Source: Mytilus trossulus
Taxonomy: Eukaryota
Reading direction: 5' to 3'
DNA length: 64,000 nucleotides
NCBI RefSeq assembly: GCF_036588685.1
Contig: NC_086385.1
Span: forward strand, 25,009,216-25,073,215
In this document: piece after piece, positions 13,301-26,000 of the stretch
How the letters are laid out: each line of letters opens with the position of its first letter
How positions within the stretch are numbered: the stretch's first letter is position 1
Notes under the pieces: model-generated
What the model was told of the DNA's origin: nothing
Seen by the model: the letters and a program-made list of their open reading frames with translations, nothing else
The model's database searches: none
Translations under genes and position numbers: made by a program

Positions 13301-16300
13301 GATAGTATGTCATTAATTACATTAATTACAACAAAGAGGTACAGAAGATTTGAAACAAACTTCCCATCACATTATGAAAATTATAGACAGACGAGTACCA
13401 ATTTTCAAAACATGCATATTTGATCTGTTGAAACATTTTGTAATGCATTTTTGTTATTCAATGTTTACTTATTTGATGCTATATCTCGTCTCATTAATTT
13501 TTATATGTTTCACCTTTGGTAAGTATTTGGTTTGGCGATACATTTTCATTTCTGTACTCGTACTGTGAACAACAAGTTAATTTATTTCCGTACTTCTGAC
13601 ACCAAAATGAGTACATTTAAATTTACCGTTAAATATTATTTAATTAATGTCATTTTTTTCCACAATTAAGGTTGTCTTTTTGACATGTTCTACAATTCCA
13701 ATTTTACTAAAAAAAAAATATATTGTGTCATAGATCAAACTTAAAAGTACAGTGTATGTTTACCTGGTTTTTTTTTAGTTGTCTTTTTGATCGAGGTAAG
13801 CTATTTCAGTTGATATTGCATAGTGTGTATTCTTATATTGTTATGTTACGCTACTGTGTCGTGTGAGGGTGACGAATGGATCCTGTTGTAATGTTTAAAC
13901 CCGCTGCATTTGTATACACCTGTCGTAAGTCAAAAGCCTGTTATTTTAGTGGTTGTCGTTTGTTAATGAGGTTGGTGAGTATTTGTCGTTTTTTAAATCG
14001 ATTAGACCGTTAGTTTTTCTGTTGGAATGGTTTAACACTAGTGATTTGTGGGCCCTTTATAGCTTGACAAAGCTCCTTGTTGAATGCCATTCTTTGACCT
14101 ATAAGTGTTCCTATTTTTATTCATTGTGTCTTGGATGAAGAGTTGTTTCATTGGCACTCAAACCTCATATTCTTATTGTAATATGTGAACTATTTATAAA
14201 TATAACTGAGTTACATATATAGTTGAATCATGTATATAAACGTTCTTTAGGAATAAGACGAATCTGAAAATTCATGTAAACCAAACACAACATTAATTCA
14301 GTCTAAACAATCCACGTTAAATTATGGAGCAAAATATAATAGTACGCTTTATCTGTATTTAACCTCCTGCTACTCAAGAGACAACTTGATTGGCTGGAGT
14401 TTATATAAGTTAAGCCTATATAGTTCTAAAAAGTGTTCTTTCAAGTAATCAGAAATAACATCAATATGCTGATGGGCTTTCTTACAATAATTGATTTGAG
14501 TTTCAGTAAATACTTCCAACAGGTAGTTATACATTACGCGAAGTCTAAGAGAGAAACAAAAATTACTGATCAAATGAACATGTCCCAAGTCAGGAGCCTC
14601 TGGCCTTTGTTAGTCTTGTATTATTTTTATATTAGTTTCTTGTGTACAATTTGGAAATTAGTATGGCGTTCATTATCACTGAACTAGTATATATTTGTTT
14701 AGGGGCCAGCTGAAGGACGCCTCCGGGTGCGGGAATTTCTCGCTACACTGAAGACCTGTTGGTGACCTTCTGCTGTTGTTTTTTATTTGGTCGGGTTGTT
14801 GTCTCTTTGACACATTCCCCATTTCCATTCTCAATTTTATGCATGTCGTTTTGAAAATGATAAGCCTGTATTTGGTATAGAAACATTATAAATGATTAAC
14901 CTTACAAATGTACTACAAATAGTTTTTCTCTGTTTGATAAATTTGTTTTTATAGTGACAAACCAGATGAAAATAGGCATATTATTAACTATGATAAGTGT
15001 TAGACAGGTACATTGTATTCTTGAAGTGCAAATATTGAGCTGATTATTAGTGATGCATTATTTTGCATGAATAGTACTCTTTTAAGCTTGATTTAAAACC
15101 TCTATGTCCTGGCCGTTCAGTCTATAAAAGAAAACATAATACTTGAATGCAATGAAATGTCCAGAAAGCAGTTTATTTTTTTTTGGCATTCTTTAACAAG
15201 TAATTTATATAACTACATTATGTCAAATCAGCTGGTGGACCTCTCGAACCTAAATGTATTATATAACTGTAAATGTTATGTAATATGTATAGTTTATATC
15301 GGTTCTAACTTATTTTCTTCTTTTTTCCATGTATAACGAATGGAAAAATATGAGGTCTTATACTCGTGCGATTAGAAATATAAAAATAAAGATATTTTGA
15401 AATATTAAGCAGATAAAAAGCTTCTAGTGTTCACACAATACATTAATTTTCCATTGACCAATAATTGAATCTATCTAAATGAAGTTGTCAAGTACTTTTT
15501 CTTACTTTAGTTTCAGGTTGAGGAAAAGAAGAATGATTTTGAACATTATCTGAGTAAAATCCTTTCTAGACATGCAAAACGACGACATCTTCGAAAACCA
15601 CATTATGTTTCAAATACGTTTCCATCGGAATATAAACATGAATTCAATAGTCTGCGAAAAGATATCTTTTGTCATGCTAAGGACTTAAAAACTTGGGGAG
15701 ACACTCTTCCTACTCGGTGGATAGTTCTTGAAAAAGAGATTAACCTAAAATTACCGGAACATGTAATTTCGTATATTGACGCTGGAAAGTTAGCAATAAA
15801 GTGTTCTTTCCATGAAGACAGTCGTATGACCATAGAACTAGACTCGTTTCTTAAGTTTGAACACAATATTGGCAATATCATTTTTTTTGAGGATGTGAAA
15901 AGTTTTATTGTATTAGATCCTGAATGGTTGGTGAACATATTTAGATGTTTTGTTTCACATAAGTATACAAATGAGTCTATCGGTATGCCAGAATGGGGTG
16001 AACTTGAACGAACGGGCAAATTGTCAGATAAACTTATTGAAAAATTACTAGAAAAAGTTCCGGATCTGAGCACAGCAGAGCGTAAAAGATTTGTTTTACA
16101 AATAATGGAAAAATTTGATATAATTGTAAAACCAATGAATTATGACGCCAGGAATGACTTTTATATGCCATGCATGATAAAATCGGAGCCATTTGAAAAC
16201 CTTATAGGAAGATCTGAATCTGAAGACTACAGAAGAACATCGTGGTTTTGTCTGAAGTTTAATTTTCTACCACCGTCATATTTTAATCACATTTTAGTAA

Positions 16301-19300
16301 GTTTTGTGAAAAGCAAAGAACTTTTGGTCGAAAAAAATAGACGGTTGCGCATATATCGCAACATTGGAGAATTTCAACTCAACACATCTGGTAGCCAAAC
16401 ACTTGTTATTTGCCTCTCTAAAAATGCAATCGCTATGCAAGTCAGGCAGTTGAATTGTAAAAATGAAGATATCTGTTTTAGTAGCGTTAAAGACATACTA
16501 AAAGACCTTGTCAATTCAATAAAGCAAAGATATGGTATAAATATATCATATACAATAAAATTTAAATGTGCAAATGGAATTTACAATAGTAACAGAATTC
16601 ATTTGGATACTTTAATGGAAACTGGTGAATATCTCTGTAAAGAACATGAAGCAATGCATACAAGCAAGGAAATATACAGCAGCTGGTTAACAGTATGTAC
16701 ATATAATATTGATAAAATAAATGTAAGAGAACATGCCAACTTGAAAACAGAAGATAAATCGCCTTATATACTAGCAAAAAAAAGGTGTAGTGTTTAATTA
16801 GAAAATTTAAAATCACCGGCATCATTCGGAAGTACACTTTGATAGCCTTCATATTCATGATGGTTCTTACGACAATTTCCATTAGTATTGGTGTGCCTAG
16901 GTTTAATTGATTATTGAGAAATCAGAATTTGAAGAAAAGAACCGAAGCTAAATGTTTTTTGAAAATTCTTATGTGTATTAGAAAATGTAAATGATATATT
17001 ATTCTTTTGTCTAAGGATGTAAAATCCAATTCAAGCTGATATTTTGCAGGAAGAAGAGGTTGATTTAGAAAGCAGTGAGTACAAATTTAGCTCTTGTACA
17101 TATTTTCCCTTTAAAACTGGTAACAAACGTAGAGTTCTATTTCTTTCTACGTTGTGAAAAAAACTGTTTCTTTCGATATTCAACTTCATACTTTAATTCT
17201 TATATTTGTAGGTATATTGTATAAATTCTGACAAAACCAAATTTATGTAAGCACCAAACATATCATAGACATATCAAACAAATACCACTGACCCAAACCC
17301 TCAGTTATAACATACTCCTTAACCATTATGTAACGTTCTACCTATTTTTTGATCGACGAATTTTTCAACTAAAATTTGATAGGATGACAAACTACAGACA
17401 AAAACAGGACAAGTATTATCTATAATAAATATTACCCTGTCAAGGATTATGGTTTTTGAAAACATCATCAGAGTGTTTAGCCTCTTGAATTGATCCGTTA
17501 CCAATTGCAAAACAAAAACAGACATGGACATAAAACTCAACGTTAATTACGGATACCATGAAAATAAAATCAGATAGCCATTGACAAACAAATATGTATA
17601 AATATTATTTCAAAGAGACATATCATGTGCATAAATACCAGTTGAGAAAAGAATTGAATTACTGCACTATAAGGCGAAGGAGATTTCCTTTCAAGACTAA
17701 TATTTGTTTCATTAATTTGAATGACCTTCACTGATCCTTCAGAACCAGAAATCAAGGAAGCAATAGACACGACCCTCTATGTCTCATTTTTAGACTTATA
17801 TTTATAGTATGTCATCAGGGATCATCTAAGTACCAGTAATTATGACAAAGGAGGCGATTTTAACTTCAATATTATCAATGTCCCCCACCCAAGCAGCAAT
17901 TTACCAACTTTACCTGCATATGGGATAAACATTTTCAAAGTCATGCTTTATCAAAATATTGTAGCTTGGGATTTTTAAAATGTCACCAATGTTTGATCAG
18001 AAGATTGATGAATCAAGATTATGTCTAAGAACGTCTGGTCTTTTTCAAAAAAAGGTTCATCTAAAGATACCAAGATCTTGTTGATTCCGCATCAACTTCA
18101 CAAATAAAGCATGATTGTATATAAGTATAGACTCTTGGTACTGACGTTGTTCATCATTTAGATTACATGTTTTTGATTTCTTATTTGTCTTTTTTAAATT
18201 ATTAACCATTCCTGTTAAGGCCCTTTTTGATAATAAATTTTTGGCTAGTCTTGGTACTTATGCATTCCGTCATTTTGCTGTGGCCAATTTGTATCCGTTG
18301 TTATTCTGTAATTAGTCACCACTTCGGTTTTATCATGTGTATCTATTATTTAGTCATTTGATAAAATTTACTGTTTGCGAAAGTATTAATTATTCCAAAT
18401 AATAAGGATGTTCTTATGCCAGGCAGAAAACCTAAGGCGAATTGGTCAAAACTTTTTGGAACTTTTGGTCTTCATAGCTCTTCATTGCTCTTCAGTGCTC
18501 CGTAACTTTGTACTTGTCTTTCGAACTTTTTTCATCTGAGCGTCACTGGTAAGTCTTGTATGAACGAAGCGCGTGTCTGGCGTATTAAATTTTAGGCCTG
18601 CTACCTTTTGTTAGCTATTATTCTTTTGTTTCTGTCCTATATATTATTCCATTTATTTGTATTGTTATCTTGTCATGTAATGTTGTCATTATAATGTTAT
18701 ATTTAACATTGCCATTAAAGCGTGGGGTTTGGCATGCCACAAAATCAGTTTTAACCCACAATAACCCATAATTTGGTTCTTAAAATGTCCTATACCAAGT
18801 CAGGAAAATGGCCATTGTTACATTATAGTTCGTTTCTGTGTGTGTTACATTTAAATGTTGTTTTTCTGTTGTGTCGTAGTTTTCCTCTTATATTTGATGC
18901 GTTTCCCTCAGTTTTAGTTTTTAATCCGGATTTTTTCTCTCAATCGATTGATGAATTTCTAGCAGCTGTATACTACTGTTGCCTTTATTTTTGTATAATT
19001 GTTGAGTTTCTTTCCTTGTCTATATTCCATTTTGTTTTTCTTTGTTGACATGCTAGTTAGTTTATATAGTGATTGAGGTAATATCACAAAAATTATAATG
19101 GAGATTTTTGCGACTGTCATATTAGTGAGAGGTTTAGCGCTATAAAATCCTACATTTTCTACATTTGAAAATGCATGTACCAAGTCAGAAATATGACATT
19201 AGTTGTCCATTCGTTTGATGTGTATTATCATTTAATGTTGTCATTTAATAAGATACTTTCCGTTTTGAATTTTCTTCGGATCTTACTTTTAACCTAATTT

Positions 19301-21391
19301 GAAATTTTACCTAATTATGTCTGTCTGTTTTTACACACATTCTGACATACACAGAGTGAGGTTAAGGAAGCTTTTAAACCAGGTTTAATCCATCATTTTC
19401 TTTTTAAAAAAATGCCTGTTCCTTGTCAGGAATATGATAGTTGTTTTCCACTCGTTTGATGTGTTTTAGCTTTTGATTTTGACATTTTGTAACGGACAAT
19501 CAGTCTTTAATTCTCCTTCAACTTCTGAAATCGTCGTTGGAGAGAAAGTGACTAAATAGATTGATGTTTTTTGTCAAATATATGTTTAGTATGATTATTA
19601 AGAACTATTTATCATTCTGCTTCTACGATTACTCTTTAACAAGTAAAACATTTTCGGCTGAAAATGGATGTTAGCTGTCACAGGAGCAAAGAATATAGAA
19701 CAAAAATATTACGTTCTAAACAACTGTGACCACACAATTCAAAGAGAAATTTGTAATGCCGTTGGAAACTTGCAAATTTTTTACCTCTCCCTAATAGTAC
19801 CGTGCAAGGACTGTTTAGCCAGTCAATGTCGTTAAAAACGTCAATTAGTTGTTAATCGTATATGGAATAATGCGAATATTGCTGGTAAGTTGCAGTAGTT
19901 TGATTTTATGTAAATTTTCATTTCAATAAGATCTTTGCATTCTTTTTGCAGAAAACAAAAGACAAAGAATGTAAGTTATGTTTTTGATATCTTAAATTTT
20001 AACGGTATTTATAGATATAAGAAGATGTGGTATGATTGCCCTATGAGAAAACTCTCCATCCAAAACACAATTTTATAACTGTCATGGTACATTCTTCATG
20101 TATGTTGAAAAACACAAAAAATATAAGAAACACAGACGAAAAAATACACTTCATTACATTGTATAAATTGAACCTCAGTGCATAATTTTATTACTATTTT
20201 TAACAAAGGACTCAAACTAAATTCATGAATGAAAATGTATCATCATGTTTATATAATTTCGAAAGAAAACAGTCTCAATTGAAAAATGAAGTCTGCAAAT
20301 ATTTGACTTTTTCTTTGTCTCATAACAGATTATTTCATTTCTGTTTAAAAAAAAAAAGTAAAACTGCGAAGAATAAACAAAAATCGTTTATATTTCTTAT
20401 ATCCAAGTTGAAATCAATTATGTTTTAAACGAATAATTTGTTAATATATTTGAAGATGAAGTTGGCGTTGATTTCATTATTATTTTGTTCTTTTTATAGG
20501 TGCAACAGCTGTAAAAACATGTCAGAGTACAAGTGCTATGATTGCAATAAATATTTTTGTAAGGACTGTTCCAGAACACACGAGGAAAAGTATATAAGCC
20601 ACGCAACGCAACTTATAAGTAATAGTTTCAAATTGAACTGTAAATTCAAAGTGACACAGCATTTTCATCATGATATAACAAGTGATATAAAATGTTTACC
20701 CAATGGGGAGTTAATTGTATCATTAACAGTAGAACAGGTAGTAAAGACATTTTCTGTCACTGGGATACAAAGACATAATATACATTTAGAAGACGAGCCT
20801 TTGAAAATGACTGTAGTGGACAAAAATACTGTTGCGGTGCTCCTTATAAACAGAAGTTTGGCTATAGTTGACATTCAACAAAACCATGTTCAATACATTC
20901 GGAATATTGCAACAACATATAGTTCAGATACATTAATATACATAGAAAACGAATTCTACATAAATGATACCCATGCTATTGTCGTATTTGATATGTCAGG
21001 AAGTGTAAAAAGACATATTACACTTAGTTTTAAACCATATGATATGTGTTACGATGTTGATTCACAACATATCTACTGTATCGATGGAGACACTAGTCAG
21101 CTGTTCTGTATTGATAGAGATGGTAATGATATATTCACATTTACTGATCCGAATATGACAAATCTAAGAAGTATTACCATAGATAACGACGGAAATGTGC
21201 TAGTGCTTTGTAGAAAGGACAATGATAAATCGGTATATGTTATCAAGGTAGATTCTAATGGCGAGAAAAGTGAAGTAGTAATTGAAAATATCAACACGTC
21301 ACCATATAAACCTCGTATTTGTTACGACCACTTAACCAATTCAGTAGTTATTGGATTGGATAGTAAAGTGTACGTTTATAGGAAAAAATGA
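1094..21391 (+). CDS. Spliced ROCO-family gene (5' end outside window): Roc GTPase - COR - B-box - beta-propeller. Exons 1094-1345, 4974-5183, 7750-7886, 15517-16692, 17050-17074, 19952-19970, 20500-21391
   Basis: All introns are GT..AG and the phases (1,1,0,0,1,2) chain into one frame. Roc motifs [30 protein letters not shown] and [11 protein letters not shown] are present, followed by COR motifs. Confidence 0.85.
3370..4783. mobile_element. Non-autonomous TIR DNA transposon with TTAA TSD (Kolobok- or piggyBac-like)
   Basis: TTAA|gtacctgtccttgtaaacatcatgcag ... ctgcatgatttttacaaaaacaggtac|TTAA; subterminal gtgattcatgac/gtcatgaatcac; several GTTNCYATGGNAAC palindromes inside. Confidence 0.75.
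4974..5183 (+). CDS. ROCO exon: Roc G3
   Basis: [33 protein letters not shown]; acceptor ttcttatag|, donor g|gtatgc. Confidence 0.92.
5222..5740. mobile_element. Non-autonomous element: ~150-bp palindrome followed by a module bounded by short inverted repeats
   Basis: aagagttgccaccgtcaatt (5236-5255) pairs with aattgacagtggcaactctt (5339-5358), with further nested stems; attctaatgc (5381) / gcataagaat (5731). Confidence 0.65.
7750..7886 (+). CDS. ROCO exon: Roc G4 region (absent from the ORF track)
   Basis: Hand translation gives [46 protein letters not shown]; acceptor catttcag|, donor |gtatgt; phases fit both neighbours. Confidence 0.9.
9700..10293 (+). mobile_element. Helentron/HINE-like element with ~170-bp internal tandem repeats
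   Basis: (gtcc)n-like tract at ~9743; unit aaaccacacaacagaatttcatgaaac at 9782, 9957 and 10126. Confidence 0.6.
10315..10790 (+). mobile_element. Penelope-like element 3' fragment (RT thumb plus tail)
   Basis: [24 protein letters not shown]...LKKLYGRHH. Confidence 0.75.
10790..12967 (+). mobile_element. Second HINE-like tandem array (~148-bp unit), split by a retroelement insertion at ~11487-12655
   Basis: tgacctcattttcatggttca-like motif at ~10950, 11100, 11248, 11395, 12693 and 12835; related copies at 9644 and at 33060-33420 (-). Confidence 0.6.
11487..12655 (-). mobile_element. Penelope-like element, 5'-truncated and degraded
   Basis: [30 protein letters not shown] followed by a tail homologous to the repeat at 14580-14840. 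Confidence 0.75.
14580..14840 (+). repeat. Well-preserved copy of a common interspersed repeat (tail of the 11.5-12.6 kb element)
   Basis: Matches the reverse complement of 11487-11727; other copies at ~3870-3935, 30930-31000 and 56365-56590; flanked by catgtc direct repeats. Confidence 0.7.
15517..16692 (+). CDS. ROCO exon: end of Roc plus COR domain
   Basis: [67 protein letters not shown]; in frame with ORF 15826-16797; donor aca|gtatgt. Confidence 0.9.
17050..17074 (+). CDS. ROCO linker micro-exon (EEEVDLES)
   Basis: ttttgcag| ... a|gtgagt. A longer version from 17016 is frameshifted (see findings). Confidence 0.55.
17690..18130 (+). mobile_element. Degraded Penelope-like RT fragment
   Basis: VSFLDLYL...[30 protein letters not shown] with stops. 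Confidence 0.7.
18540..18583 (+). ncRNA. Degenerate hammerhead copy
   Basis: gcgtca CTGGTAA gtc..GAAGC gcgt GTC tggcgt; core mutated at several positions. Confidence 0.55.
19952..19970 (+). CDS. ROCO 19-nt micro-exon
   Basis: tctttttgcag|aaaacaaaagacaaagaat|gtaagt has strong splice sites and converts phase 1 to the phase 2 required by the last exon. Confidence 0.7.
20500..21391 (+). CDS. Terminal exon: B-box-type zinc finger plus NHL-like beta-propeller
   Basis: CNSC-x7-CYDC-x4-CKDC-x3-H, then blade-like repeats ([35 protein letters not shown]); acceptor tttttatag|. Confidence 0.85.
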
Positions 21392-21402
21392 AATATATAA
21401 TG

Positions 21403-21438
21403 GATGAGTCTTTTGTAGACGAAACGCGCGTCTGGCGT
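21403..21438 (+). ncRNA. 5'-truncated hammerhead copy in the ROCO 3'UTR
   Basis: gatga gtct tttgt agac gaaac gcgc gtc tggcgt; lacks the CU of CUGAUGA and the 5' strand of stem I. Confidence 0.65.
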
Positions 21439-23058
21439 ATATACAAAATTTAGTCGTGGTATCTATGATGAGTTTATGAATACAATTACGTTCTTCTGAG
21501 AAAAAAAAAGCAATTCTCATCAAGTAATATGTTATGTGGACTATGATGTGTGCAAAACAGAACAGATTACTCAACATCCAAGGTGTTGTTAAATATAGTT
21601 TTTATTGTTTTGATAGTTTGTATATATTCCTTCTAATTTAGTGAATAATCCTTATTCAAATATGTCGTTTTAATGAGTGGTGTCACCGCATACAATATAC
21701 GTATTAATTTGACAACAGTGTGTATTGTTTTTGTTACTCTTTTATGTCCCTTTAGGTTAAAAATTTCAAAAAGTATATATTCGTTATTGTCATATTAACT
21801 TTTCTGGACTATTTCAAAAACAGTGTAGTTTTGTTAACTGTGTTATCAATCACTTGTTGTTTTGTTTTCTTTTACATTAGAGTAAATGTTAATTATTGTG
21901 TCAATTTTTGTGTGTGTGTGTGTGATGTCTTGGTTTTTTTTCATAGGATGGATTGAAAAACATTGTGGATATGAACTTTTCTTTTGTCTTTTTAGTGTGT
22001 GATTATTAAAAAAAAATTAAAAATATTTCCTAAAACTTGTTCCTATTTCAATCATGCCAGATCTTCAAACAATTCGGAATCTTCGTGTAAAGTTATCATA
22101 CTGTTAAGTCTGGTACTTTTGATAACTATAATCATGCATATCTAGGACACATCACAGAAGAAAATTTAGTAAAAGATGTCGTCGGCCAGTCAGAAGAGGG
22201 TTAGTTATGACTACTGTTTAAAAGTATAGGCCAGTATGTACTATATGAATTTATGGGTTGTTAGGCAACATGCACACTCATTAGAAACGTTTAGTATGAA
22301 TGCTTAACGTTTTTAGAGACTGTCACTTTCTCTATAGCGTGCATTATATTTAATGACATTATTTACATACAAACTAAGACTAAGACTAGCGTTTTATATA
22401 CGTATCAACATTTCAAAAAGGGTTGCTGCGATCAGTGTACAATTGTCATATCGAATGCAAAAGTAGGTTCATTTATCTTAAACTTAGCATATTAAGGTAA
22501 ATAATTATTTATTAAATCACAATTTTTTCTAAAGATAGTATTTCTAGAGCATGAAGGTTAGCTTCTTTCCTAAGGTCATATCAATCCACGAAGGTTTACA
22601 CATATAATAATAAAATGTAATCCCAGATTGTCTATGACTGTTAGCCACAAAAACAACTATATATATATAACATACTGAAAAATAACACATCGTTAAATAG
22701 GGATTGGGCGACGTCAAATATGATTAAACCCGCCACATTCTGTATGTGCCTGTTTCAATTCAGTAGCCGATAGTTCAGTAGTTGTCATTTGGTGCTTTTT
22801 ATCTGATCTTGTTGTTTTTGTTCATCGTTTTGTATGCCATAGATCAGACATCAACCTGAATGCAATCGACATTCTTTTTTTTTTTTTTTTTAACAACAAA
22901 TATAGTCTTTATTCTAAAGATATCTTGTTACAGTTATACTTCACTGTCCAAGCGCCAGTGGAGTATTCCTGTGAAAAAACTTCTGAGTTGCCAGGAACAT
23001 ACTCAGAATATAATAAACAATATTACATAAACTATTACAATATTTTCAACTTATTCTA

Positions 23059-26000
23059 TTAAATCAATTTCTTCAAATTTATGAAAAATACATTTTGAGA
23101 AATTATTTTGCTTTCCTTCTTAACCCTTCTTAATTCCTTTATAAACAATTCATACACATCTATATATTTCAATTTTTGCTCTGAAACATAGTATGACTTG
23201 AAAATGCAAAAACCTAAAACTGTCAAAAAATAGTTAAAACCATAATAACCTTTATCTGATATTTTGTATCCAAATACTAATTGTTTAACTGATATCTTAT
23301 TTTTAAAATTGAGTTTTGCAAGAAGATGTTCCACTTTATCCCAAAAGTCTTTTAAAAAAGAACATGTTATAAAGAAATGAAAGTAATCTTCCTCTTCTGT
23401 TTGACAAAAATTACATTTACTATTAGTAGAAATTTTCCATTTAAATAGTAATTGCTTTGTGGGAATAATATAATTTAGCAGTTTCCATCTAAACATTTTC
23501 ATCTTATTCTCTCTTAAAAATTTAAATATAAAATTGTTTACGAATGACATATTTGGCTTGCTATCTAGCTTTAAATTTTTTGTCCAAATATTGATACCAA
23601 TCGGCTGTGTATACTTTTGATCTACTAGACTATTATATAACATTTTATTAAAGATATCTTGTGCTTGTATTTGTTTATTTCCCCATCTCAAATTATCCTT
23701 ATTAATACTAATTTTACTCTTTAAAGAGTTTTCTTTAATTAGAATTTGCTGCCATTCCTTTGGGATGGAAGATTTTAATATTGTAAGCTCTGAAATCCAA
23801 TTAGACTTATTGCTTAATTTTTCTAAAATAAAACCCTCTGATAACTTTCCCTCACGATCAAGTATGTCGTTGATGTAAATCAAACCACTTGCTACCCAGT
23901 TTTGAAAGAACAAACTTTTGTTACAATGTTTAACGTATCTATTTCCCCAAATAATCTGTTTTCTTATATTTGAATAATGATCTTTACATTTTGTAAAACC
24001 TCCCCCTGTTTTCACCCAGCTTGAAATTACTTGCAAATAAAAGTCTGGTATATTTTCAAATTCTTTTAGTGATTTAATGTTATCTAAATTCATGTTAAAG
24101 ACAAGATAATTTTTTCCCAGATTGTTGAAATATTTGGTAGGAATAATCTTCCAGTTCGGCATAGTGGTTGAATTGAATTTGGAAACCCATGAAGCTTTCA
24201 GTGATGTAAAATAGCTATCAAAATCAACCATTTTTAACCCCCCTTTTTGATAATCGCCAATAAGTGTATTTCTTTTTACTTTGTCATTTTTACCTTCCCA
24301 AATATATTTAAAACAACAGCTTTCAATCTCTTTTATGTATTTGTTTGGAACAATACACGAAGTAGCCAAAAATGTAAATTTAGGTAAGATCAAAGATTTT
24401 ATAATTAATATTTTTCCAATTGTTGTTAATTTTCTTTTTTTCCATGCCTTCAGTAAGGATTTCATTTTATCAATTTTAGGTTCCCAATTTAACTTTTCAC
24501 ATTCGTTTATGTTGTGACCAAAATAAATCCCTAAGGCTTTAACTGGTTTGTCCGTCCAGCGTATTCCCTCAATTTTATCTTTACTATGTTTAAGCGCCCC
24601 TATCCATATTCCTTCTGTTTTACTGCGATTTAATCTCAGACCTGAGAAAGAACCAAACGTTCTTTTATATTCATAGCATTTGATATGTCGGTTTTTGAAC
24701 TACAAAAAAGAGTTGTATCATCTGCCAATTGAGATATTTGTATGCTATGTGTTTTTTTATCAATAGTAATTCGAATACCTTTGATGTCGGGGTTTTGTCG
24801 TAATCTCAAAGCCATAATTTCTACTGACAAAACAAAAAGTAAAGCAGATAAAGGGCATCCTTGACGGATTCCTCTAGAGTTTTCAAAAATCTCAGATACC
24901 CATCCATTATTTATTACACATGTTTGTATTCCCTTATATAAAGTTTCCACCCATGATATAAATGATTCATTAAAACCGAAATGTTTTAGAACGCTTAACA
25001 TGAATTCCCATTCCAAAGAATCAAAAGCTTTAGTAAAATCAACAAATACGATAGCCCCATCTATTCCATATGATTCTGCATAGTCCATAATGTCTTGAAT
25101 TTGCCTTAAATTGAATCCAATAAAACGATTTTTTACATACCCAGTTTGATCTTCATTGATTAGTTTAGGAAGCAGTTTTTTAAGTCTCTGTGCCAAAACA
25201 TGGGATAGTATTTTTAAATCTACGTTTAATAATGATATAGGACGATAATTGTCCAAAGATAATGGGTCATTCTTTTTAAATAATAAAGATAGTACACCTG
25301 TTCGTTGGGTATACGATAAAAGTTTTTCCTCGTGTCCCTTATTAAGAACTTTAACTAACATTAGTTTTAATTTTTCCCAGAAAGTCTTATAAAATTCCAA
25401 AGTCAAGCCGTCAAGACCTGGTGATTTATTTAGCTTCATCGTGTTTATTGCACTGGTGCATTCATCTATAGTTACTTCCCCATCACATTCTTTAAAGTCA
25501 TTAATATTTATATCTTTTTCCATAATAGTATCAGCAACGTATGAATGTAACAAATTTTTATCGGGGCATGTTGTAGTGTATAATACTTTATAATAATTCT
25601 TTATCATTTCCAAAATTTCATCCTGGTTTGTTGTTACTTCGTTTCTTTCGTTTCTAAGCTTATTAATAGATTTTTTAACCTGTCGCTGTTTTTCTAACCC
25701 TAAAAAATAAGCGTTATTTTTCTCCCCTAATTCCACCCATTTTTCCCTTGATCTAATTTGAGCCCCCTTGGCTTTATATTCATAAATTTCGTCTAAATGC
25801 ACCTCTAATTGTTTTATATCTTTTGTTAACTTTTCATCTTCCTTTAATTTTTCATCTCTTAATTTCGTAAGTTGCTCTAATTCGTTTTCCAACTTTCTTG
25901 TTGTCTCCCTTGATAACTTTGATTTTCTTTTACAGTAAAGTATAGATTCGTCCCTGATTTCGACTTTTAAATTGTCCCATAGTAAACGTATATAACTGCT

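Noticed and set aside
20438-20499. Apparent signal peptide ([13 protein letters not shown]) on the 317-aa ORF
   Set aside because: It is the intron polypyrimidine tract before the acceptor at 20499; a B-box implies a cytosolic protein.
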